NCBI RefSeq assembly: GCF_036507355.1
Contig: NZ_AP027877.1
DNA: 64,000 bases
Strand: one strand, 5' to 3'
DNA from: Escherichia coli
GTDB taxonomy: Bacteria; Pseudomonadota; Gammaproteobacteria; Enterobacterales; Enterobacteriaceae
In this document: positions 21,371-32,162 of the stretch, piece by piece
Position numbering within the stretch: position 1 is the stretch's first letter
How the letters are laid out: each line of letters opens with the position of its first letter
The notes under the pieces: model-generated
Told to the model about the DNA's origin: nothing
The model's database searches: none
What the model saw: only the letters and a program-made list of their open reading frames with translations
Made by a program: the position numbers and the translations under genes

Positions 21371-24300
21371 TTATTTCCGTACCCGATGTCGGTGCAGCCA
21401 CATCAGCTTATACGCCGCCGGGATAATAAACAGCGACAGCAAAGGCGCGGTGATCATGCCGCCAATCATCGGCGCGGCAATCCGGCTCATCACCTCTGAC
21501 CCTGCTCCTGTTCCCCACAGAATCGGCAGCAGACCAGCGATAATCACCGCCACCGTCATCGCTTTCGGGCGCACGCGCAGTACCGCGCCGTGATACAACG
21601 CCTCATCCAGCTTCTGCTCGCTGAATGTTTGCGGATTATTCAACGACGGCTCGGCCTCTATGGCGTGACGTAAATACATCAGCATCACCACGCCAAATTC
21701 GGCGGCGACCCCGGCGAGGGCGATAAAGCCAGTGCCCGTCGCCACAGAAAGATGAAAGCCCATCCACCACAGCAACCAGATGCCGCCCACCAGCGCAAAC
21801 GGTACGCTGCTGATAATCAGCAACGCTTCGCCCACCCGACGGAATGCCAGATACAACAGCACGAAGATGATCATCAACGTCATCGGCACCATGAGTTTCA
21901 GCTTATGGTTGGCGCGCTCCAGTAGCTCGAACTGCCCGGAGAACGCCACGCTGGTGCCCGGTTTTAACTGCACTTTTTCAGCTATCGCTTTTTGCAGATC
22001 GTGAACCACCGACACCATGTCACGATCGCGGGCATCGATATAAATCCAGCTCGTCGGGCGCGCATTCTCGGTTTTCAGCATCGACGGTCCGGTAGAGACG
22101 TTAACGTCGGCCACGTCCGCCAGGGTGATTTGCTGCTTCATCGGCGTCAGGATCGGCAACTGGCGCAGCGCCTGCGGGCTATCGCGCCAGCTTTGCGGAT
22201 AACGCAGATTAATGGGATAACGGGCAATTCCTTCCACCATTTCGCCAACCATCGCCCCGCCCACCGCAGATGTCACAAACAATTGCACATCCGCCACCGT
22301 CATACCGTAACGCGCGGCTTTTTCACGGTTAATCTCAACGTTGATATAGCGCCCACCTTCCAGACGCTCGGCAAGCGCAGAAGCCACGCCTGGCACCGTT
22401 CGCGCCACTTCTTCAATTTGCTCCGCCATCGCGTCGATATCCGCCAGCACAGTGCCGGAAACTTTAATGCCGATGGGGCTTTTAATGCCGGTTGAGAGCA
22501 TATCGATACGGTTACGAATTGGCGGCACCCACAGATTCGCCAGCCCCGGCAGACGCACGGTGTTATCCAGTTCCTCAATGATTTTGTCCATCGTCATGCC
22601 TGGCCGCCACTGATCCTGTGGCTTAAGCTGAATGGTCGTTTCAACCATCTCCAGCGGAGCAGAATCGGTGGCGGTTTCCGCTTTCCCGGTTTTGCCAAAT
22701 ACCCGCGCCACTTCAGGTACGCTCATAATCAGCTTGTCGGTTTTTTGCAGCATACTCGCCGCCTCTGCTGCGGAAATCCCCGGCAGCGTCGATGGCATAT
22801 ACAACAAGTCGCCTTCATTGATCTGCGGTAAAAATTCCCCGCCAACTTTATTGAGCGGCCAGAGAACCGTCAGCACCGAAAGCGCTGCCACCAGCAGCGT
22901 GGTTTTCGGCCAGTGCAGTACTTTCAGCAATAGCGGATGATAAACACGAATCAAAAAGCGATTGAGCGGGTTACTGCTTTCCGGCGGAATTTTGCCACGG
23001 ATCCAGTAACCCATCAGGATAGGGATCACCACGATCGCCAGCAGCGCCGCGCCCGCCATCGCATACGTTTTGGTGAACGCCAGCGGGCCAAACAGACGCC
23101 CTTCCTGCCCTTCCAGGGTGAAGATCGGGATAAACGACAGTGTGATAATCAGCAGACTGATAAACAACGCCGGTCCCACTTCAACAGACGCATCGGTAAT
23201 CACCTGCCAGCGCGTTTTATTATCCAGCGTGGCGTCAGGATGCTGGTGCTGCCACTCTTCCAGCCGTTTATGCGCATTCTCGATCATGACGATAGCGGCA
23301 TCGACCATCGCCCCGACGGCAATCGCAATACCGCCCAGCGACATAATATTGGCATTCAGCCCCTGGAAGTGCATGACAATAAAAGCAATACACAACCCCA
23401 GCGGCAACGAAATAATCGCCACCAGCGCCGAGCGCACATGCCAGAGAAACAGCGCACAGACTACCGCCACCACAATAAACTCTTCCAGCAACTTGCCGCT
23501 GAGGTTGTCGATGGCCCGGTCAATGAGCTGGCTGCGATCGTATGTTGTAACTATCTCCACGCCTTCCGGCAGACTACTTTTCAGCGTTTCCAGTTTGTCC
23601 TTCACGGCGGCGATCACTTCTCGGGCGTTTTTGCCGGAGCGCAGGATCACCACCCCGCCCGCAACTTCGCCTTCGCCGTTCAGTTCGGCAATGCCCCGGC
23701 GCATCTCCGGGCCAACCTGGACCTTCGCAACATCACGCAGATAAACGGGCACGCCATTTTCACTGGCTTTTAAAACGATGTGATTAAAGTCGTCGAGCGT
23801 TTGCAGATAGCCGCTGGCGCGCACCATATATTCCGCTTCCGCCAGTTCGATCGACGAACCGCCCGCTTCCTGGTTTGAAGCATCCAGCGCATTTTTCACT
23901 TCGCCGAGACTGATGCCATACTGCGCCAGGCGCTGAGGATCGATAACCACCTGATACTCTTTCACCACACCGCCCACCGACGCCACTTCCGCAACGTCAG
24001 GGATGGTTTTTAGCTCATATTTGAGAAACCAGTCCTGCAATGAGCGTAAATCGGCCAGATCGTGCTTACCGCTGCGATCCACCAATGCATATTCATAGAT
24101 CCAGCCAACACCCGTGGCATCTGGCCCCAGCTCGGCGCTGACTCCCGCAGGCAGCTTACCCTGTACCTGGTTGAGGTACTCCAGCACCCGCGAGCGCGCC
24201 CAGTACGGATCGGTGCCATCTTCGAAAATGACATACACATAAGAGTCGCCAAACTGCGAGAAACCACGCACAGTCTTCGCGCCAGGCACCGACAACATGG

Positions 24301-24514
24301 TGGTAGTTAGCGGATAAGTCACCTGATTTTCAACGATTTGCGGTGCCTGACCGGGATAGCTGGTTTTAATAATCACCTGCACATCGGAGAGATCCGGCAG
24401 CGCATCCACTGGCGTATTAATGATGGTCCAGGTGCCCCAGATACTTAGAAACAACGCGCCCATCAGCACCAAAAAACGGTTCGCCACCGAGCGACGAATA
24501 ATCCATTCAATCAT
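21371..24514 (-). CDS. cusA: RND copper/silver efflux pump CusA
   Basis: 1047-aa RND transporter; N-terminal [23 protein letters not shown]. Confidence 0.97.
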   Translation of the reverse strand: MIEWIIRRSVANRFLVLMGALFLSIWGTWTIINTPVDALPDLSDVQVIIKTSYPGQAPQIVENQVTYPLTTTMLSVPGAKTVRGFSQFGDSYVYVIFEDGTDPYWARSRVLEYLNQVQGKLPAGVSAELGPDATGVGWIYEYALVDRSGKHDLADLRSLQDWFLKYELKTIPDVAEVASVGGVVKEYQVVIDPQRLAQYGISLGEVKNALDASNQEAGGSSIELAEAEYMVRASGYLQTLDDFNHIVLKASENGVPVYLRDVAKVQVGPEMRRGIAELNGEGEVAGGVVILRSGKNAREVIAAVKDKLETLKSSLPEGVEIVTTYDRSQLIDRAIDNLSGKLLEEFIVVAVVCALFLWHVRSALVAIISLPLGLCIAFIVMHFQGLNANIMSLGGIAIAVGAMVDAAIVMIENAHKRLEEWQHQHPDATLDNKTRWQVITDASVEVGPALFISLLIITLSFIPIFTLEGQEGRLFGPLAFTKTYAMAGAALLAIVVIPILMGYWIRGKIPPESSNPLNRFLIRVYHPLLLKVLHWPKTTLLVAALSVLTVLWPLNKVGGEFLPQINEGDLLYMPSTLPGISAAEAASMLQKTDKLIMSVPEVARVFGKTGKAETATDSAPLEMVETTIQLKPQDQWRPGMTMDKIIEELDNTVRLPGLANLWVPPIRNRIDMLSTGIKSPIGIKVSGTVLADIDAMAEQIEEVARTVPGVASALAERLEGGRYINVEINREKAARYGMTVADVQLFVTSAVGGAMVGEMVEGIARYPINLRYPQSWRDSPQALRQLPILTPMKQQITLADVADVNVSTGPSMLKTENARPTSWIYIDARDRDMVSVVHDLQKAIAEKVQLKPGTSVAFSGQFELLERANHKLKLMVPMTLMIIFVLLYLAFRRVGEALLIISSVPFALVGGIWLLWWMGFHLSVATGTGFIALAGVAAEFGVVMLMYLRHAIEAEPSLNNPQTFSEQKLDEALYHGAVLRVRPKAMTVAVIIAGLLPILWGTGAGSEVMSRIAAPMIGGMITAPLLSLFIIPAAYKLMWLHRHRVRK

Positions 24515-24525
24515 TGGTTATTCCC

Positions 24526-25749
24526 TCAATGCGCATGGGTAGCACTTTCAGAGCGCATCCGCTCCAGTGCGCCAGAAATATTGGCTTCGGAATCAATCAG
24601 GAACAGGCCGCTGGAAACCACCTTTTCACCTTCCGCCAGACCAGAGCGTAATGCGGTGACACCTTGCGATGCCTGGAAAACGGCAACGCGTTTTGGTACA
24701 AAGCGCCCGTCGGCATCAACGGTAATCACCCGCTGTTCGCTGCCGGTATCAATCAGCGCTTGTGACGGAATGAGCAGCATCGGTTCGCTGGCGGTATTGA
24801 GTTGCAACCAGGCGTTCATTCCCGGTTTTAGCGCCTCGTCGGCGTTGTCGACTTCCAGACGCAGCTGCAGCGTGCGGGTCGCGGCATCCACGCCAGGTAG
24901 TAGCGTCCATTTGCGGATGGTGAGTGTTTTATCAGGTCGCGCCGGAACGGTGAGCGTAAACTGCGAGGCATCTTTCACCAGCCAGGCGATGGACTCCGGG
25001 ATCGCAGCAGTGACCCACACCGGGTCCATACCCTGAATTTTCGCTACCACGTTATCTTTGGCGATATTCATTCCCGCGCGCAGATCAAACGCGGTGATCA
25101 CGCCATCAATGGGTGCTTTGAGCGTAAAGCGAGTCTGGATTTTTTGCGTGGCGATCAGGCGGCGAATATCCGCCTCCGGCATTCCCGCCAGTCGCAGCCG
25201 CTCAAGAATGCCTTCAGTCTGGGTCGCCGTACCGCCGGTTTCGCGCAGCAGTAAATACTCACTCTGCGCTTCCACCCAGTCAGGAATGGTCAGGTCGAGA
25301 AGCGGTGCGCCCTTTTGTACTTTATCGCCCACGGTAAGCGGATACACCTTGTCGATAAACCCGGCAGCGCGAGCCTGCACAATGGCATACTGATACTCGT
25401 TGTAACTGACATTCGCCGGGAAACTCTGGGCAAAAGTCAGCGGTCCGCGCGTGACGGTAGCCGTTTTCACCCCCAGATTCTGCGTCTGAGTCGGGTCAAT
25501 GCGCACACCAGACGCAGAACTCTCTTCATCGGCATATTTCGGCACCAGATCCATATCCATAAACGGCGATTTACCTGGTTTATCGAACCGCGTATTGGGA
25601 TACATCGGGTCGTACCAGAATAAGATTTTACGTTCTGCGGTCGACGTTTTTTCTGCAGGCGGTTCCGCCTTTGCAAACCAGGTAAAACCTGCCGCAGAAA
25701 TAATACCGCCCGCGATCATGCTGCCGATAATAAGCGCGATTTTTTTCAT
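24526..25749 (-). CDS. cusB: Membrane fusion protein CusB
   Basis: 407-aa periplasmic adaptor immediately downstream of cusF and upstream of cusA. Confidence 0.95.
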   Translation of the reverse strand: MKKIALIIGSMIAGGIISAAGFTWFAKAEPPAEKTSTAERKILFWYDPMYPNTRFDKPGKSPFMDMDLVPKYADEESSASGVRIDPTQTQNLGVKTATVTRGPLTFAQSFPANVSYNEYQYAIVQARAAGFIDKVYPLTVGDKVQKGAPLLDLTIPDWVEAQSEYLLLRETGGTATQTEGILERLRLAGMPEADIRRLIATQKIQTRFTLKAPIDGVITAFDLRAGMNIAKDNVVAKIQGMDPVWVTAAIPESIAWLVKDASQFTLTVPARPDKTLTIRKWTLLPGVDAATRTLQLRLEVDNADEALKPGMNAWLQLNTASEPMLLIPSQALIDTGSEQRVITVDADGRFVPKRVAVFQASQGVTALRSGLAEGEKVVSSGLFLIDSEANISGALERMRSESATHAH

Positions 25750-25764
25750 CTCATTAAACCTGGG

Positions 25765-26097
25765 TTACTGGCTGACTTTAATATCCTGTAATAAAGAAAG
25801 GTTGCCCTGCTGGACAAAATTAAACGCCACTTTGTCGCCAGTTTTAATTTCACTCATTTTCGTCTGCGGAGTGATGGTAAAGCGCATGGTCATCTCCGGC
25901 CAGTTCACGGCAGCAATCGGATCGTGATGGATGGTGATTTTTTTGCTTTCCAGATCAACACCTTTTACCACGCCGGTGGCACTAATGACCTGTGGTTGTG
26001 CTTCGCTCATGGTTTCATGATGATGTTCGTTAGCCTGGGCATTAAAGCCAATAACGGTAAACAGACTGAACATTGCGACTTGCAGTGCTTTTTTCAT
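25765..26097 (-). CDS. cusF: Periplasmic copper/silver chaperone CusF
   Basis: 110-aa secreted protein with a His-rich N-terminal region (NEHHHETMSEAQPQVIS) and the Met/Trp metal-site region. Confidence 0.95.
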   Translation of the reverse strand: MKKALQVAMFSLFTVIGFNAQANEHHHETMSEAQPQVISATGVVKGVDLESKKITIHHDPIAAVNWPEMTMRFTITPQTKMSEIKTGDKVAFNFVQQGNLSLLQDIKVSQ

Positions 26098-26120
26098 TTA
26101 TTTTCTCCTGGAGTTAAAAA

Positions 26121-27503
26121 TTATTGCTGCCAACCGCCACCAAGTGCGGTATATAAAGAAATTTCGTTGACCTGACGGGCATAATTCAGGTCAAGTAAGG
26201 TTTGTCGGGTTGCAAATAAAGAACGCTCGGCATCCAGCACTTCCAGATAACTTACCGCGCCGTGCTGATATAATGCCCGCGCCCGTTGCAAAGTAATTTG
26301 CAGCGACGCCAGATAACGCTGCTGGGCGCTGATTTGATCGTTCAGGCTTTGACGTAATGCCAGCGCATCTGCCACTTCTTTAAAGGCGTTCTGGATTTTC
26401 TGTTCATAATTCACTACCGACTGCTGCTGGCGAATTTCGGCGATATCCAGATTGGCCTGGTTGCGTCCGGCATTAAAAATGGGGATCTCAATTTTAGGAA
26501 TAAAATTCCACATCCCGCTGCTGGCGTTAAATAATGACGACAGATCGCTGCTGGCGGTTGATATTCCGCTGGTCAGGCTTATAGATGGGAAAAATGCCGC
26601 GCGTGCGGCCCCAATATTGGCATTAGCCGCCATTAACGCGTGTTCAGCTTCCATAATATCCGGGCGCTGCAATAAGATTTGCGACGACAAGCCCGCCGGT
26701 AATTTAACGCTTTGCAGGCTGTCGCTGTTTACTGTCTGCGCTTGCGGCAGCTTGCCGTAGCTTCCCAATAACAGTTGCAATGCATTATTCGCCTGCGCCA
26801 GTTCCCCCTGACGTTTAGCGATGTCACTGCGGGTACTTTCTATCACCCCGCGAGCCTGTTCCAGCGCCAGAACATTGCTGCTACCGGTCAACAGTTGTTT
26901 TTCGACAAACGCATATGACTGCTGATAATTACGCAGCGTTTCTTCGGCTATTTGCAATTGCGCATACGCCAGTTGCTGATTGAAATAGCTTTGCGCGACA
27001 TTAGAAACCAGCAGAATATGCACCGCGCGCTGAGCTTCCTCAGTGGCTAAATAATTTTGTCGCTCGGCTTCGCTCATGTTCTTTAAGCGCCCGAAAAAAT
27101 CGAGGTCAAAGCTGGCGTTAAGGCCAGTAGAAAACTCCCGCGTCGTGGCTGAATCGCCTTTAAGATTGCCGCTCCAGCTGCCGCTGCCCTCGCCATTGAG
27201 CTGTGGGTAGCGGTCGGCATCGGTCAGACGATATTGCGCCCGTGCCTCCTGCACTTTCAGCGTCGCCATGCGCAAATCCCGGTTATTCACCAGCGCCTCG
27301 CTAATCAGCGTCTTCACCTGATTATCAACAAAAAAGGTGCGCCAGCCCGCGTTCTGATAGTTATCTGCTGCGTTAACGAGGCCGTTCTGGCTGAGTGAGA
27401 ACTGCTGCGGTACGGGCATTGCCGGGCGCTGATAATCCGGTGCCAGTGAACAACCGGTTAGCGCAAGGGCCACACAAAATGGCAGAAGTTTACAAGGAGA
27501 CAT
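26121..27503 (-). CDS. cusC: Outer membrane efflux lipoprotein CusC
   Basis: 460-aa ORF with a lipoprotein signal (LALTGCSL), OMF/TolC-like. Confidence 0.95.
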   Translation of the reverse strand: MSPCKLLPFCVALALTGCSLAPDYQRPAMPVPQQFSLSQNGLVNAADNYQNAGWRTFFVDNQVKTLISEALVNNRDLRMATLKVQEARAQYRLTDADRYPQLNGEGSGSWSGNLKGDSATTREFSTGLNASFDLDFFGRLKNMSEAERQNYLATEEAQRAVHILLVSNVAQSYFNQQLAYAQLQIAEETLRNYQQSYAFVEKQLLTGSSNVLALEQARGVIESTRSDIAKRQGELAQANNALQLLLGSYGKLPQAQTVNSDSLQSVKLPAGLSSQILLQRPDIMEAEHALMAANANIGAARAAFFPSISLTSGISTASSDLSSLFNASSGMWNFIPKIEIPIFNAGRNQANLDIAEIRQQQSVVNYEQKIQNAFKEVADALALRQSLNDQISAQQRYLASLQITLQRARALYQHGAVSYLEVLDAERSLFATRQTLLDLNYARQVNEISLYTALGGGWQQ

Positions 27504-27572
27504 AGGCTCATAATTTCTGGTGATTTTATACCGCCAACTTTACTCGCCAGGCTCTGATTTTCCGGTGACAGG

Positions 27573-27594
27573 AAAATGACAAAATTGTCATTTT
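27573..27594. promoter_or_regulatory. CusR box in the cusC-cusR divergent promoter
   Basis: Perfect palindrome aaaatgacaaaattgtcatttt (AAAATGACAA-NN-TTGTCATTTT) centred in the 156-bp intergenic region. Confidence 0.8.
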
Positions 27595-27659
27595 GCCAAT
27601 AAGCGATTGCCATCTGATCCCGCTACTCTAGAATTGCCCGGGCAACATGCGGAGGAAAT

Positions 27660-28343
27660 ATGAAACTGTTGATTGTCGAAGATGAAAAGAAAACCGGAGA
27701 ATACTTGACCAAAGGGTTAACCGAAGCCGGTTTTGTGGTCGATTTGGCCGACAACGGGCTGAATGGCTACCATCTGGCGATGACCGGTGATTATGATCTG
27801 ATAATCCTCGATATTATGCTGCCGGACGTGAACGGCTGGGATATCGTGCGCATGTTGCGCTCCGCCAATAAAGGGATGCCGATTCTGTTGCTTACCGCGC
27901 TTGGCACCATTGAACATCGCGTCAAGGGGCTGGAGTTGGGGGCAGATGACTACCTGGTGAAACCATTCGCTTTTGCTGAACTACTGGCGCGGGTGCGCAC
28001 TCTCCTGCGGCGCGGGGCGGCGGTGATTATCGAAAGTCAGTTTCAGGTTGCCGATCTGATGGTCGATCTCGTCAGCCGCAAAGTCACCCGCAGCGGCACG
28101 CGCATCACTTTGACCAGTAAAGAGTTTACTCTGCTGGAGTTTTTTCTCCGCCATCAGGGCGAAGTGCTGCCCCGCTCGCTTATCGCCTCGCAGGTATGGG
28201 ACATGAATTTTGACAGCGACACTAACGCCATTGATGTGGCGGTGAAGCGGCTGCGCGGCAAAATCGACAACGACTTTGAGCCGAAGCTGATTCAGACCGT
28301 GCGCGGCGTGGGCTATATGCTTGAGGTACCTGATGGTCAATAA
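27660..28343 (+). CDS. cusR: Copper-responsive response regulator CusR (OmpR family)
   Basis: 227-aa ORF with a receiver domain ([12 protein letters not shown]...[11 protein letters not shown]) and a winged-helix C-terminus. Confidence 0.95.
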
Positions 28344-29775
28344 GCCATTTCAGCGCCCGTTTTCGCTGGCAACCCGCCTGACCTTTTTTATCAGCCTGGC
28401 CACCATCGCGGCGTTTTTCGCCTTTGCATGGATCATGATCCACTCAGTAAAAGTGCATTTTGCCGAGCAGGATATTAATGATTTAAAAGAGATTAGCGCC
28501 ACCCTTGAACGGGTACTAAATCACCCTGACGAAACGCAAGCCCGACGCTTAATGACGCTGGAAGATATCGTCAGTGGTTATTCCAACGTGTTGATTTCCC
28601 TGGCAGATAGCCACGGCAAAACGGTGTATCACTCCCCCGGTGCGCCTGATATCCGCGAGTTTGCACGTGATGCCATACCCGATAAAGACGCGCGGGGTGG
28701 CGAGGTGTATCTCCTTTCCGGCCCGACGATTATGATGCCAGGCCACGGTCACGGGCATATGGAACACAGCAACTGGCGGATGATTAACTTGCCGGTTGGC
28801 CCGTTGGTGGACGGCAAACCGATTTATACGCTATACATCGCGCTGTCGATCGATTTTCATCTTCATTACATAAATGATTTGATGAATAAACTTATTATGA
28901 CCGCATCGGTAATCAGCATCCTGATCGTCTTTATCGTGCTGTTGGCGGTACATAAAGGTCACGCGCCGATCCGCAGCGTCAGCCGTCAAATCCAGAATAT
29001 CACCTCGAAAGATCTCGACGTTCGCCTCGACCCGCAGACCGTGCCCATTGAGCTGGAACAGCTGGTACTGTCGTTCAACCATATGATCGAGCGTATTGAG
29101 GATGTCTTTACCCGCCAGTCCAATTTCTCAGCGGATATCGCTCACGAAATTCGCACGCCGATTACCAATCTCATCACGCAAACGGAAATCGCCCTCAGCC
29201 AGTCTCGCAGCCAGAAGGAGCTGGAAGATGTGCTCTACTCTAATCTCGAAGAGCTGACGCGAATGGCGAAAATGGTCAGCGATATGCTGTTTCTCGCTCA
29301 GGCCGATAACAACCAGCTAATCCCCGAAAAGAAAATGCTCAACCTGGCGGATGAAATCGGCAAAGTGTTCGATTTTTTCGAGGCGTTAGCGGAAGATCGC
29401 GGCGTGGAGTTGCGATTTGTTGGCGACGAGTGCCAGGTTGCGGGCGATCCGCTGATGCTGCGTCGGGCGTTAAGCAACCTGCTTTCGAACGCCCTGCGTT
29501 ATACGCCACCCGGAGAGGCTATTGTAGTACGCTGCCAGACGGTCGATCATCTGGTGCAAGTTATCGTCGAAAACCCCGGTACGCCCATTGCGCCCGAGCA
29601 CTTACCGCGATTGTTTGACCGTTTCTACCGCGTTGACCCCTCCCGCCAACGAAAAGGCGAAGGTAGCGGCATTGGGCTGGCGATAGTGAAATCGATTGTT
29701 GTCGCACATAAAGGCACGGTTGCAGTAACGTCAGATGCGCGGGGAACAAGATTTGTTATCACATTACCCGCTTAA
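28333..29775 (+). CDS. cusS: Copper/silver sensor histidine kinase CusS
   Basis: 480 aa from the ATG at 28333, overlapping the cusR 3' end; H-box ([10 protein letters not shown]) and ATPase motifs present. Confidence 0.95.
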
Positions 29776-29924
29776 TCCTTCAGCAAACGGCAACTTTTAT
29801 AACCAGTGTAAAAATAACGTGCCGCAATAGTCATACCTATTAATGGTAAAAAGCTGTCACAATTCATAAAAAACCTTAATATACGCCACCCTAAACATAA
29901 CCAGCGTTAATGTAAGGTTTTTGT

Positions 29925-32162
29925 GTGGACTGGCTTCTTGATGTTTTTGCTACCTGGCTCTATGGCTTAAAAGTAATCGCGATAACGTTAGCGGTCATCA
30001 TGTTCATCAGCGGGCTGGACGATTTTTTTATTGATGTCGTCTACTGGGTACGCCGCATTAAACGCAAGTTGAGTGTTTATCGCCGCTACCCGCGAATGAG
30101 TTACCGCGAACTGTATAAACCAGATGAAAAACCGTTAGCGATTATGGTTCCGGCGTGGAATGAAACGGGCGTCATCGGCAATATGGCCGAGCTGGCGGCG
30201 ACCACGCTCGACTACGAAAACTATCATATCTTTGTTGGCACCTACCCCAACGACCCCGATACTCAGCGTGATGTTGACGAAGTGTGCGCTCGCTTCCCGA
30301 ATGTGCATAAGGTAGTCTGCGCGCGTCCTGGCCCCACCAGCAAAGCCGACTGTCTGAACAACGTGCTGGACGCCATCACCCAGTTTGAACGTAGCGCCAA
30401 TTTCGCATTTGCTGGTTTTATTCTGCATGACGCCGAAGATGTGATTTCACCGATGGAGTTGCGTCTGTTCAACTATCTGGTCGAGCGTAAAGATCTGATT
30501 CAGATCCCGGTATACCCATTCGAACGCGAATGGACGCACTTCACCAGCATGACTTACATTGATGAGTTTTCAGAACTGCATGGCAAAGATGTTCCGGTGC
30601 GTGAAGCCCTCGCCGGACAAGTGCCCAGCGCAGGCGTCGGCACCTGTTTCAGCCGCCGCGCCGTGACCGCACTGTTAGCTGACGGTGACGGTATTGCTTT
30701 CGACGTGCAGAGTCTTACTGAAGATTACGACATTGGCTTCCGCCTGAAAGAAAAAGGTATGACGGAAATTTTTGTCCGTTTTCCGGTGGTGGACGAAGCC
30801 AAAGAACGCGAGCAGCGTAAATTTTTACAGCACGCACGGACGTCAAACATGATCTGCGTGCGCGAATATTTCCCCGATACCTTTTCGACTGCGGTTCGAC
30901 AAAAATCTCGCTGGATCATCGGCATTGTTTTCCAGGGCTTTAAAACCCACAAATGGACCTCCAGCCTGACGCTGAACTACTTTCTCTGGCGCGACCGCAA
31001 AGGGGCAATCAGTAACTTTGTCAGCTTCCTCGCAATGCTGGTGATGATCCAGCTTTTGCTGTTGCTGGCGTATGAAAGTTTGTGGCCCGATGCCTGGCAT
31101 TTCCTTTCTATTTTTAGCGGCAGCGCATGGTTAATGACCCTGCTGTGGCTAAACTTTGGCTTGATGGTTAACCGCATCGTGCAGCGGGTGATTTTCGTCA
31201 CTGGCTACTACGGCCTGACGCAGGGGCTACTATCTGTCCTGCGTCTTTTCTGGGGCAACCTGATTAACTTTATGGCCAACTGGCGCGCGTTAAAACAGGT
31301 ACTTCAACACGGCGATCCACGTCGCGTCGCGTGGGATAAAACAACGCATGACTTCCCCAGCGTCACTGGCGATACCCGCTCGTTGCGCCCGTTAGGTCAA
31401 ATTCTGCTGGAAAATCAGGTCATCACTGAAGAACAGCTCGATACAGCACTGCGTAATCGCGTCGAAGGTCTACGCCTGGGCGGTTCAATGCTGATGCAGG
31501 GGCTGATTAGCGCCGAGCAGCTGGCACAGGCGCTGGCAGAGCAAAACGGCGTGGCGTGGGAATCCATCGATGCCTGGCAGATCCCGTCCTCGCTGATTGC
31601 CGAAATGCCGGCCTCCGTGGCGCTGCATTATGCGGTACTGCCGCTGCGTCTGGAAAATGATGAGTTAATTGTCGGCAGTGAAGATGGTATTGACCCGGTT
31701 TCGCTGGCGGCCCTGACACGTAAAGTCGGACGCAAAGTGCGTTACGTCATTGTTCTGCGGGGACAAATTGTCACGGGGTTACGTCACTGGTATGCACGCC
31801 GACGCGGTCACGATCCGCGGGCAATGTTGTACAATGCGGTTCAGCATCAGTGGCTCACGGAACAGCAGGCCGGTGAAATCTGGCGGCAATATGTGCCGCA
31901 TCAGTTCCTGTTCGCCGAAATACTGACCACGCTCGGTCATATTAATCGTTCAGCAATTAACGTGTTGTTATTGCGCCATGAACGCAGTTCTCTGCCGCTC
32001 GGCAAGTTTTTGGTCACCGAAGGCGTTATCAGCCAGGAAACGTTGGATCGCGTCCTGACAATTCAACGCGAATTACAAGTTTCGATGCAATCACTATTAC
32101 TCAAAGCAGGTTTAAACACAGAACAGGTTGCGCAACTGGAGTCCGAAAATGAAGGAGAATAA
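29925..32162 (+). CDS. nfrB: NfrB: inner-membrane family-2 glycosyltransferase with a C-terminal MshEN-type c-di-GMP-binding domain (phage N4 adsorption protein B)
   Basis: 745-aa ORF from a GTG start (MDWLLDVF...); GT2 motifs (DAEDV, QKSRW) and a C-terminal region resembling MshEN domains. Confidence 0.93.
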   Translation: MDWLLDVFATWLYGLKVIAITLAVIMFISGLDDFFIDVVYWVRRIKRKLSVYRRYPRMSYRELYKPDEKPLAIMVPAWNETGVIGNMAELAATTLDYENYHIFVGTYPNDPDTQRDVDEVCARFPNVHKVVCARPGPTSKADCLNNVLDAITQFERSANFAFAGFILHDAEDVISPMELRLFNYLVERKDLIQIPVYPFEREWTHFTSMTYIDEFSELHGKDVPVREALAGQVPSAGVGTCFSRRAVTALLADGDGIAFDVQSLTEDYDIGFRLKEKGMTEIFVRFPVVDEAKEREQRKFLQHARTSNMICVREYFPDTFSTAVRQKSRWIIGIVFQGFKTHKWTSSLTLNYFLWRDRKGAISNFVSFLAMLVMIQLLLLLAYESLWPDAWHFLSIFSGSAWLMTLLWLNFGLMVNRIVQRVIFVTGYYGLTQGLLSVLRLFWGNLINFMANWRALKQVLQHGDPRRVAWDKTTHDFPSVTGDTRSLRPLGQILLENQVITEEQLDTALRNRVEGLRLGGSMLMQGLISAEQLAQALAEQNGVAWESIDAWQIPSSLIAEMPASVALHYAVLPLRLENDELIVGSEDGIDPVSLAALTRKVGRKVRYVIVLRGQIVTGLRHWYARRRGHDPRAMLYNAVQHQWLTEQQAGEIWRQYVPHQFLFAEILTTLGHINRSAINVLLLRHERSSLPLGKFLVTEGVISQETLDRVLTIQRELQVSMQSLLLKAGLNTEQVAQLESENEGE

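Noticed and set aside
21780-24310. Long antisense or alternate-frame ORFs within cusA (21992-22495, 22937-23773, 23070-23744 plus)
   Set aside because: Fully embedded in the 1047-aa cusA coding region; Arg/His-rich low-complexity translations typical of spurious reverse-strand ORFs.
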